Below, piece by piece: positions 30,101 to 40,782 of a stretch of 64,000 nucleotides of DNA. How positions within the stretch are numbered: the first letter of the stretch is position 1; every line of letters starts with the position of its first letter. The position numbers and the translations under genes were made by a program. The notes under the pieces were generated by a model. The model was not told where the DNA came from. It saw only the letters and a program-made list of their open reading frames with translations, and ran no database searches. The DNA is from Candidatus Latescibacterota bacterium (GTDB lineage Bacteria > Latescibacterota > UBA2968 > UBA8231), in the NCBI GenBank assembly GCA_965203175.1, contig OZ241867.1, positions 1,728,001 to 1,792,000 of the forward strand, read 5' to 3'.

Positions 30101-32095
30101 ATCGACTGCGTACGGAAGGGGTGCAGAAAGTTCGCGATAGACCGCGGCGGTCGGGGTGAATTGCGGGGTAGCGATGGCGTCGTGGATGCCTACTTCAACC
30201 ACATCGAGTGCATCACTTCGTAACGGATGTCGCGCAACCCACTTTCTCAGGATGAACAACCTTTCACTAGAATCGCTAATGGAGTGGGTTACGTCTAGGA
30301 CGTCGGCGGCTGACTTCGGATGGAAGAAAATCTCGCTGGCGTCCAACAGGCGGCGAAGTTTCTCGTCGACCATGAGGTCTTTCGGAACGGGCGGTAAGGG
30401 ACTTTCGCTACCGCGTGTCTCGTGGGTGTTTTTGGTCCTGAGTGCAGCTACGGTGACTCTCGCCAAGGCAAGTTCAAATGAACCATCGTCCACTTGGGAA
30501 TGCGTGACCGTTTTTAGAAGGTTCAACGCGAGCTCGGCGTCGATCGGATAGAGATCGGTGGCGATATCTATCCCTTCTTCTGTGGGCAAAGACCCAAGAT
30601 CGAGACTTTGGTAGATCTGTCGGATCTCTTCCAATATTGGTGTCGCGTCAAAACCGGGGCTGTTGGAAAGTGCGTCAACGGTAACTGCTAATAGGCGCAT
30701 ACGTTGTGTGAGTAGCGGTACATCGTTGGCGACCGCGAGAGCTCCGTCGACATCGCCGACTGCGCTGCGCGCTCGGATCTCGTGCTCTATACCGGTTGTC
30801 TGTGAAGCCTGTTGAATTATTGACCTAGATAGTGAGTAGGTGGTGAGTGCGCGGTCTCGTCGCGCTTGGTGGCATATATTTATGGCGCTGCGCAGCGTTG
30901 GTTCTATTCCGGCTGCAGTTCGTGTCTTGAGTAGTATGGTGGCCAGTCGGCGCTCATGTAGCCAATCCACTAGTGCGTCCGTTTTTCCCGCACGTTCTAA
31001 ATACGTTGGGAGTTGAGTCAGTGATTCGGGTGAATCTGGCTTCTGGAGTAACATTTCGGCGATGGCTTCGGTGGCCTCGGATACGAGTGCTCCGAGGTTC
31101 CGGTCGGCAAAACTTCGGAAAGCGTCCGACGAAAACTCCCAACCCTTCGCCTTCTCTGAGTAGAGAAGAAATGGTAGCGAACTAAACGCGTTGTCGATAT
31201 TCGTTTTGGTTGTTCCACAATGAGCCGCGAGAGTCTGTGAATCTACAGGAGAGCCGTAAGCCACAATAAATCCCAAGGCTCGATGGATCTCCATAGGTGA
31301 CTGGGAGATGACAGTCCATTCGGTTTCGAAGAGAGACTCAATGTCTGTGGGGAATTCATTCAGAATCTCAGAGACGTCTTCTGGATTGGAAGCAAGGCGA
31401 CGCCTCACACTTGCGAGGATGGCCGGTACCCCGCCAAATACCGGGTGAATTTCAGCTCGCAACTTGTCATCTGTTACTAAGTCCTTAAAATACTCGTTGG
31501 TCTCATGCGGGCTAAACGGCGGTAACGGATATGATTTCGCTCGTAGCGTTCGCTTGGTAGCGCCGCTAAGTACGTCGCTCATTTCCCCACTGAATAGGAA
31601 CCTGAATGGTTTGATTCCGAGTGGTAGAAGGTTCAATAATGCTTGGCGGATTGAGTCGTCGGCAGATGGAATATGGTGAAAACCGTCAACAATGATGTAC
31701 CCCGGGTTACGGGCACGGTCCAGTACACGGGCACATTTACCCCACAAATTACGAAGATCTCCGTCGGTTGGGTCGCGGTTGTCGGGTAGCCGCCTGTCGG
31801 TTAAGTACCAGTGAACTTGGTCTGCCAAGTCATGGCGCGCAAAAACTGGGTCGTAGGCTAATCTGCTAGGCGCTTTGAGGAATAGTCCAAAACACGGTTC
31901 GTCGACACTATCGGCAAACTCTAACAAAAGAGTGGTCGTTCCCCAATTCGATGGTGCTTCGACGCATACAACGTCGGTATTCGAGACAAACATGTGGGCT
32001 AGCGTTTGAATTAGGTGTGGTCGGCGAACGTGCGGGTTCGGGAGTGCCGGCGCAGTCAAGGAGACATCCAGAATTCTGGCGGTGCTTCGGGTCAT
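27137..32095 (-). CDS. 1652-aa protein: STAND-like P-loop domain, long alpha-helical (TPR/HEAT-like) region, C-terminal PLD-like domain; candidate anti-phage protein
   Basis: Walker A-like VCVEAPSNWGTTT, Walker B IIVDG; C-terminal IVDPYF ... FHDRWIL ... GTSYNSLG..SEI. Confidence 0.7.
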   Translation of the reverse strand: MTRSTARILDVSLTAPALPNPHVRRPHLIQTLAHMFVSNTDVVCVEAPSNWGTTTLLLEFADSVDEPCFGLFLKAPSRLAYDPVFARHDLADQVHWYLTDRRLPDNRDPTDGDLRNLWGKCARVLDRARNPGYIIVDGFHHIPSADDSIRQALLNLLPLGIKPFRFLFSGEMSDVLSGATKRTLRAKSYPLPPFSPHETNEYFKDLVTDDKLRAEIHPVFGGVPAILASVRRRLASNPEDVSEILNEFPTDIESLFETEWTVISQSPMEIHRALGFIVAYGSPVDSQTLAAHCGTTKTNIDNAFSSLPFLLYSEKAKGWEFSSDAFRSFADRNLGALVSEATEAIAEMLLQKPDSPESLTQLPTYLERAGKTDALVDWLHERRLATILLKTRTAAGIEPTLRSAINICHQARRDRALTTYSLSRSIIQQASQTTGIEHEIRARSAVGDVDGALAVANDVPLLTQRMRLLAVTVDALSNSPGFDATPILEEIRQIYQSLDLGSLPTEEGIDIATDLYPIDAELALNLLKTVTHSQVDDGSFELALARVTVAALRTKNTHETRGSESPLPPVPKDLMVDEKLRRLLDASEIFFHPKSAADVLDVTHSISDSSERLFILRKWVARHPLRSDALDVVEVGIHDAIATPQFTPTAAVYRELSAPLPYAVDRDRCRRIVAMLDGQKEVIRNKGPIVDYVRLQLRLAGCNYADGDLARTVDRLEELYLDPIDSLDELETRITCLAWFIAELHKFDPSRKLDQLSDVGAMVDTEFAQTLTEILAASAEQFEILKDTITALASSKPEAALDVSRRLNTIDRRTSAFREIVASMCKATTITLNSAVLFAALNEMGPCEQFDAAIWDTVKRFCLDVDAGTRPSIDLNCVFPRLAACSSAVIKTKCLAEIAVTLGSSQDNDVFRTSVDDSLLAAFDSIASPRAKYRTACQLVPTLRQKRPDLAKTVFDSLATESRLVSGSEDVEQGIIYVVDLLMKAAYALAESKLLVATDIDRVCRMAVRVPDLQERVTLLSSLAFYLWRAGESRAFSDVVNEHVWPALANLSGKDCATAYQAWRYAYPAVWLDDRDRARSGISAFPASVQADCTSALSFALLRKQPPGEPFDDTNSTASRLTFSDIQNLLQLCDETDEDFTIYRIFHSIASAVTAPRTSIHLTRDQKADITRRMLEIAERRLPLPNRIQHAGYQILCKAEALRISASPDVTWAKLIAEGESISNMADRIFVLAELAVSLPSKQHRHAKRLLKDVDLTTDSLPTIEDRYSHLFLITDLTIAWDRELASRALKKAFGLIINTGSRRTAFRENQIIDLAYRLDPELPMKLAMLYDDDPARDEYRERARLQLDGHKLRKDLGDSRSHLDLETLQDDPGLALAAWRALGALNSGRMIATDMVRLREMLVCASNYPLKTSYPIYSWILSNALIKYSYTSESKTYIRDLFEGVLRGAEFFFSITERHGRLGSNPEWQDRGDADNIVIIQFGERDKAKQYLQDWLDKNAVDSITIVDPYFGVNDLDFVVQVIEADPDLHVQIVTSKAHQLGPNTNSDLPSAYTTAWRKLCEHAPPETEILVVGTERNGVAPFHDRWILSKGVGLRLGTSYNSLGNKDSEISVLGGEEVSRIEKTVGRYMSRQVKEFEGERVRYETFELVG

Positions 32096-32468
32096 GTTCT
32101 TTCTTTAAGCTCGGTTTGGCGGTCCCGCATCGCGGTGCGCCTGGGGATGACGAGGCGAAGACCGTAGTCAGATGGCAACTGTGTGACATCAAAAGCAACT
32201 GCGTGCAAGGAACGAAAGGCGCAACAACCCTGCAGATTATAGGTTACACGTGAGTTCGGATAATTATCACAAACTGGCATCAGTAGTGCGTCTTTGTCAA
32301 GGTGTCGAACCGACGCTCGCTGTCAACCCTTTGCTGGGCCATGTCTCGCCTCGGCTCCGGCTTCGTGTGGGTGAGGTGTTGGGGTGAGGACCCAGTAGGG
32401 GTTAGATCGGGCGTCTGATGGGAGGGGGGGGTGCCATCACCCTTGGCATCAACGAAAATAAATTGGGG

Positions 32469-32517
32469 TGTAAACCGTGTTCGCGGTTTGTTCTGTAAAC
32501 TGTGTTCGGCTCGTACA
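32469..32517 (+). mobile_element. Probable IS481-family right end relic
   Basis: Two subterminal direct repeats TGTAAAC(C/T)GTGTTCG, ending ...GGCTCGTACA. Confidence 0.45.
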
Positions 32518-32532
32518 CTGGTGTCTCGGAAC

Positions 32533-32647
32533 GGCTTTGTTGCACGAAAAACGGTAACTCGTTAGAAAACAATAGTTTACGAAATTTGATAGCAAAACGC
32601 TAACTTACTGTAAAACAACGACTTATAGATATTCATGCAACAACGCC
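32533..32647. mobile_element. 115-bp MITE of the IS5 family, IS903 group
   Basis: TIRs GGCTTTGTTGCACGAA / reverse complement GGCGTTGTTGCATGAA (14/16), like the IS903 IR GGCTTTGTTG; perfect 9-bp TSD TCTCGGAAC at 32524-32532 and 32648-32656. Confidence 0.88.
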
Positions 32648-32726
32648 TCTCGGAACTGAAGTCCCCGGGCAGGTGCGGAATGTGTCGCCACTCAAAAGGC
32701 TATGCTGCGGATAGGAGCGATGTCGA

Positions 32727-32890
32727 TGTATAGAAAAAATATGGCACCGATATCGGTACTATGCGGTTCGCTGAAATCGTACGCAAGGGTCCAGCAGATT
32801 CCTGATGAATCGTTTGCTGTCGCACCGAATCGTTCGGGAATGCTCAGAGTACCGTTATAAAGGATAAAGGGTTTCGGCGCGTTTCAGGGG
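32727..32890 (-). repeat. IS91/ISCR oriIS-like repeat, copy 5 (long)
   Basis: TGTATAGAAAAAATATGGCACCGATATCGGTACTATGCGGTTCGCTGAAA...TTTCGGCGCGTTTCAGGGG; perfect palindrome ACCGATATCGGT at 32746-32757. Confidence 0.82.
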
Positions 32891-32904
32891 CTTCCGCCAC
32901 ATAG

Positions 32905-36192
<3,288 letters not shown>

Positions 36193-36207
36193 GGAGACCT
36201 CAGCCCC

Positions 36208-37710
36208 ATGAGGCGACGCAGGACGATCTACCACAACGACGCGCGGCACTCGTACCTGTGGCACTTCGAGCCGCCCATGCGCCTCGAGGACGCCTGGATA
36301 CCCATCGACGAGGTGGCGGGCACGGCCGTCGATACCTTCAGCTACTGCGTCGAGCGGGGAGACGGCGCCTTCTACCCCACGAAGGTGGGGAAGATGTTCG
36401 CCGTCGAGGACGGCAAGCCGCAGTCGGAGCAAAATTACGTGTGGCGGGCAGCGGCGTGCATGCTCAGCCTGATGGAGCGCGGCCTCGACCCACTGCGGGT
36501 GCTCGTCGACCGCGCCCACGAGCACGGCCTAGACTTCATCGCCAATCTGCGCCTGCAGCGGCTCGGCGGCGTGTACCCGGAACTGGAGATCGAAAACGGT
36601 GGCGCCGGCTGGGCCGAGGAGCGCGTCCAAGATCTCAAATACGATGTGCTGCGCGAGCTCGTCACCGAATACCCCATCCAAGGTGTCGAGCTGGATTTCA
36701 CGGCAGCCTTCAGCGAGCGCGGATTCTTCTACTTCAGCGACGGAGGGACTCCCGAAAACACGGCGGCCATGACCGAGTGGGTGCGGCGCTCGGCGGAGAT
36801 GGTGCGCTCGCGGCCGGGCGAGCCGGGCCTGATCGGCGCGCGGATCTTTCCCACGGAGAAGGGCAACCTCGAGCAGGGTCTCGACGTGAGGACGTGGCTC
36901 GGCGAGGGGCTGCTCGACTTTGTCGTGCCGGTGGCCTACATCTACACCGTTCTCGATCCCGACATGCCCTTCGACTGGGTGGTCGGGCCGGCCCACGACG
37001 CGGGTGCCTCCGTCTACGGATTCCTACAGCACTACACACAGGAACAAATCGTCGGTGCCAGCGGCAGGCGGTACCCCAGCTTGGAGCACTTCCGGGCCGC
37101 TGCGGCCAACTACTGGGAGAAGGGCGTCGACGGCCTGTACACTTGGATGATGGACTGGCCCCTCGGCGACGCGGAGCGCAACATCCTCACCGCGATCGGC
37201 TCGCCGCAGCTCGTCCGCGAGCGCGACAAGCGCTATGCCTTAGCCCGCAAGTACGACGGCGCAGCGCGGGTCGACTATCGCCACCACATCCCGCACGAGC
37301 TTTCCCCGCCTCTCCCCACCGCGGCCCACCAGATCCCCTTCACCATCGCCGACGACATCGCCGCGGCCGACAGCCGCGTCAGCGGGACGACGCTGCGCAT
37401 CTACCTGACCAACGTCGTATCCGCGGACCGGTTCAACATCTCCCTGAACGGACACTCGCTGGCCGGCGAGACGTGCCGCCGCGTCTGGAAGCAGGACGAC
37501 GCCTATCCCTACACCAACCCGCGAAACCACTGGCTGGAGTTCGATCTCGTCGCCTGCGTGCCCCGCAAGGGCGAGAACCTTCTGGAGGTGTCGCTGGAGA
37601 GCCGACCGGACGGCCTGACCGGAAGCGTCACCATCCAGGAGGTAGAGGTGGAGGTGCGCTATAGCCCGTATCCGGTGGGGCTAGGGGGTTCCACTCACGA
37701 TCTGAGGTGA
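36208..37710 (+). CDS. Glycoside-hydrolase-like TIM-barrel protein (GHL10-like), uncharacterised
   Basis: IYHND, DPL..LVDRAHE.G..F.A..R, GVELDF, G.DV..W..EGLLD, GVDGLY. Confidence 0.6.
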   Translation: MRRRRTIYHNDARHSYLWHFEPPMRLEDAWIPIDEVAGTAVDTFSYCVERGDGAFYPTKVGKMFAVEDGKPQSEQNYVWRAAACMLSLMERGLDPLRVLVDRAHEHGLDFIANLRLQRLGGVYPELEIENGGAGWAEERVQDLKYDVLRELVTEYPIQGVELDFTAAFSERGFFYFSDGGTPENTAAMTEWVRRSAEMVRSRPGEPGLIGARIFPTEKGNLEQGLDVRTWLGEGLLDFVVPVAYIYTVLDPDMPFDWVVGPAHDAGASVYGFLQHYTQEQIVGASGRRYPSLEHFRAAAANYWEKGVDGLYTWMMDWPLGDAERNILTAIGSPQLVRERDKRYALARKYDGAARVDYRHHIPHELSPPLPTAAHQIPFTIADDIAAADSRVSGTTLRIYLTNVVSADRFNISLNGHSLAGETCRRVWKQDDAYPYTNPRNHWLEFDLVACVPRKGENLLEVSLESRPDGLTGSVTIQEVEVEVRYSPYPVGLGGSTHDLR

Positions 37711-38580
37711 CGCATAGAGATCAGGCCTGGCCTCGTTCGCTGTGAAGCAGCCGGACGATCGCGCTTTCTCTATTAATTCTCTCGAAACCTCGGTCACGAT
37801 TATGCCTTCCACAGGCGCGTGTTCGTCGATGAACTCGCCGTTCGGATCGATCGCGAAGGCAAGCCCTGGAAACCATGCGTTGCCGCTCTTTCCAGCCTGA
37901 TTGGCGTAGAAAATGTAGAGCGCATTGTCCACGGCCCTTGCTGGCAGGACTTGGGCGGCCAACTGTCGATGTTCGGCGGCCTGTTCAGTCTGATCGCCGT
38001 CGGGGGTGACGTTGTCAGCACAGCCGCTTGCACCCACAGCGAGGAGGAAAAAGTCCGCGCCCTCCTGTGCGGCGGTGCGAAAAATCTCCGGAAACCTCAG
38101 GTCGTAGCAGATCCCCACGCCAAAGGTCCAGCCTTGCGATGTCACGACGGGGAACTGGCTCCCCGGTTCGAACCAGGCCCGCTCGGTTGCATTCGGGATG
38201 TGCAGTTTGGTGAAGGTCGCGAGGTACCCGCCGGGCCCTACGATGTAGGCGCTGTTGCGATAGCGCTCGCCCGCCGGCTCGATGGTGCCGACGACAAGGG
38301 TCATGTCGAGTTCGCGGCAGAGCGATTCGAGGAATGGAACCGATGTCTCGGCCGCTGCTTCGGCGATCCGCATGGACTCCTCGGGAGGAATGTCCGACTT
38401 GTTCATCGAGCCCGTGATGCACTCTTCGGGAAAGAGCGCAAACGCGGCACCTTGCTCGCGAGCCTTGCTCGACCACTCGGCAATCCGGTCGAGGTTGGCC
38501 GTGGGGTCGCCCATCGCGCTGTGCATGGCGACCGATGCGACACGTGTTTCACTAACCGGTTGTATGATCTCACGGGCCAT
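37681..38580 (-). CDS. Carbon-nitrogen hydrolase (nitrilase superfamily)
   Basis: LFPE, TKLH, GICYDLRFPE, ARAVDN. Confidence 0.92.
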   Translation of the reverse strand: MAREIIQPVSETRVASVAMHSAMGDPTANLDRIAEWSSKAREQGAAFALFPEECITGSMNKSDIPPEESMRIAEAAAETSVPFLESLCRELDMTLVVGTIEPAGERYRNSAYIVGPGGYLATFTKLHIPNATERAWFEPGSQFPVVTSQGWTFGVGICYDLRFPEIFRTAAQEGADFFLLAVGASGCADNVTPDGDQTEQAAEHRQLAAQVLPARAVDNALYIFYANQAGKSGNAWFPGLAFAIDPNGEFIDEHAPVEGIIVTEVSRELIEKARSSGCFTANEARPDLYASPQIVSGTP

Positions 38581-38650
38581 CGCTCCCTCCCCTCGGTTCA
38601 TTGGCAGTGTTTACGCCCTGTCCCATTCCGCATGAACGGTCTTGTTGAAT

Positions 38651-39754
38651 TCATTCGGCCCTGATCCACGCGGAACCGTAGTCGTTATCAAGCTCACGAT
38701 ACATACTGTGGGCGTGATCTACGGTGCCTTCGCCGTTTTGAACCGCGTATTCGAGTACCATGGACGGGCTGGTCACGCGGAAATACGCAGCGCCCAAGAC
38801 ACCCTGGCGTCCCCACCATCCAAAGTATGTGTCCTCGATCTCGGCCACCACGGTCTTCATTTTCTCGGCGTAGTCGTCATTGTTCATGAAGCCCAAACGG
38901 GCCGCGATCACATCCAGGAGTAGCGTTCTCTGCATAGCTGTAAGTTCGCTGCCCTTGATGCCTTCCGGCGCGGCTGTTGTGCTATACTTTCCTGGCCTCA
39001 GCAAGAGGTCGATGGGCCGCTCGGCACGAACGGCTTGCCCTCTCTGCTCGTCCGTGAGGCTATCCATGAACACTTGCGCCGCCGCAGTTTCCCTCTGCGT
39101 AATGAAGATGTCGTCCCCATCAAGGCGCAAGTGCAGCGGCTGGCCGCCGGTCAGCATTGGTGAAAAGGAAACGTCCGGTCCGAATACTGTGGCGTTTATT
39201 GCGAGATGGTGCCCGCCGAACTGGAACATCCAGGGCTCTGTAGTTGACGGTTCACCGAGGAATGCAGCGTAAAAGTACTCACTGCCGTATTTCATGACTC
39301 CGAACAGGTCTCCTGAGATCAGCAAGTCTTCTGCGGCCAGTTGATAAGTGATGTTTTCCACACCGTCTTCACTTAGGAGTTCCCCAAGGAGCTTGTCGAG
39401 ATTCGCCCGCTGTGATTCAGAGAGAGCACCGAGCTTTACACCACCACGCGGAACCATACCCTCAGGGAAGTTGGACCAGTTTGAACGCTGTGCGTTATCG
39501 GTAAACCTATATGTCGCCGCCTGTCTCTGATTGTCGTCCAGTGAGTCTAGAAAGAGATTTGCAGCCGCTACGATGGCCACGGTCTTCTTGTCTGCTGCAG
39601 GCACGTTGTAAACGTGCCTGAGATTCATCTCTACTGGTGAGGGAGCCGCTCCAAAAAAGACCCCAGCCGCAATATCGGGGCGAAAGAACAGGTAGACGAA
39701 AATTGCGGCAACGATAATCACTGCACCCAGAAGGTAGATCGACACACGTTTCAT
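38651..39754 (-). CDS. DUF3500-family protein with N-terminal membrane anchor
   Basis: AANLFLDSL..Q, WSNFP, LLSEDG, PW..QFGGHHLAIN, HAHS..R..NDYG. Confidence 0.8.
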   Translation of the reverse strand: MKRVSIYLLGAVIIVAAIFVYLFFRPDIAAGVFFGAAPSPVEMNLRHVYNVPAADKKTVAIVAAANLFLDSLDDNQRQAATYRFTDNAQRSNWSNFPEGMVPRGGVKLGALSESQRANLDKLLGELLSEDGVENITYQLAAEDLLISGDLFGVMKYGSEYFYAAFLGEPSTTEPWMFQFGGHHLAINATVFGPDVSFSPMLTGGQPLHLRLDGDDIFITQRETAAAQVFMDSLTDEQRGQAVRAERPIDLLLRPGKYSTTAAPEGIKGSELTAMQRTLLLDVIAARLGFMNNDDYAEKMKTVVAEIEDTYFGWWGRQGVLGAAYFRVTSPSMVLEYAVQNGEGTVDHAHSMYRELDNDYGSAWIRAE

Positions 39755-39913
39755 GGATCCTCTTTAGAATAACCATACCCCTTATCACCACGGTAATGGT
39801 AATATATGGCGCGGTGCTCGAGGCGGGAATGCTGGTTGATCAGAATCAACTGCTCCACTCGTTTCCTCTCCTCGGGTGTCAGATCCCGTAATGAGATGGC
39901 GTATCTGTCTTGG

Positions 39914-40780
39914 TCAGGGCCCTCTCTCTTCCACGATTTGCAGTTCGGCAGTATCCACTTCGCTGGCTCCGAAATATCCCAATGCATATCGCTGAGGATT
40001 GGTCAGATTCTCTATGTTGCCCCTAATCAACGACGCAGGCGTAGGGAAGAGGGGATCTTGCCCTGTTTCCTCGAAGAGCAGGAAGTAATATTCAAAGGCC
40101 TCTTTCGATAAGGAGAGCTGTCTCACGAGGACCAACTGATCCGATTTTACCGTGGCTTCTTGGTTGGGTTCGAAACCGATGACGTGCTCTCCGTCAAAAA
40201 ACTCATCCGATCCGACAAAGTTGAGCGAATTGCCAGGATCGGGCTCTGCCTGCAGTACGCCGTCCGCGAATTGCTCCCACAAATAGTAATCTTCGCGACC
40301 TAGGACGTCTTGATAGTCGATCTTTACTCGAATGCCTCCGTCCTCGAACGAATTGGCCTTCTCAAACTGCTGGTAGATCGAGTCGATGGGCGCGACGGGA
40401 AGTAGTGTTTCGACTGCTCGATAGGATTCGCCGTTAAGGTCAATTTCAAGGGTGTAGGTCCTGCCAACTTCTGGCCGCATGTCCCTGTTTTCGTACATGC
40501 CGGCTTGGCGCAAGGACTCAGCGAAGAGGTAGGTGGTACCCTCATCGTCGTGTACGATCACCTCTGCTCCGCTGACCACAGGTGTGGCTTCATTGCTGAA
40601 ATAGGGGGCTGTGGTAGACAATCTGATTGACTGCGCGACTGCGCGATCATCTTGGTGGCGCTCGATGCGACCTTCAACGACGAGTCGTTCCGGTCCTGCT
40701 TCTACATCGATATTGACGACTCTCTCACATCCCATGAGCACGGGGACTGACAGCCAGATGGTGATTAGCATGTTTTTCAT
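39914..40780 (-). CDS. DUF4249-family lipoprotein
   Basis: Lipobox LMGC, CE.V..ID, LVVEG.I, ALGYF.AS; directly downstream of a TonB receptor. Confidence 0.8.
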   Translation of the reverse strand: MKNMLITIWLSVPVLMGCERVVNIDVEAGPERLVVEGRIERHQDDRAVAQSIRLSTTAPYFSNEATPVVSGAEVIVHDDEGTTYLFAESLRQAGMYENRDMRPEVGRTYTLEIDLNGESYRAVETLLPVAPIDSIYQQFEKANSFEDGGIRVKIDYQDVLGREDYYLWEQFADGVLQAEPDPGNSLNFVGSDEFFDGEHVIGFEPNQEATVKSDQLVLVRQLSLSKEAFEYYFLLFEETGQDPLFPTPASLIRGNIENLTNPQRYALGYFGASEVDTAELQIVEERGP

Positions 40781-40782
40781 AT

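Noticed and set aside
32281-32288. CAGTAGTG, the inverse of the IS4 end at 26950-26957, suggesting a composite transposon around the 1652-aa gene
   Set aside because: Only 8 bp match and no further IS4 sequence follows.
20398-32890. Dispersed repeats as a CRISPR array
   Set aside because: Copies are kilobases apart, vary in length, are separated by genes, and no cas genes are present.
36258-37664. Long alternative-frame and antisense ORFs (e.g. 36258..37664, 32977..34083, 45943..47187, 47408..48499, 50192..50770)
   Set aside because: They overlap well-supported GC-rich genes, and are Arg/Pro/Gly-rich or antisense mirrors without motifs: shadow ORFs.
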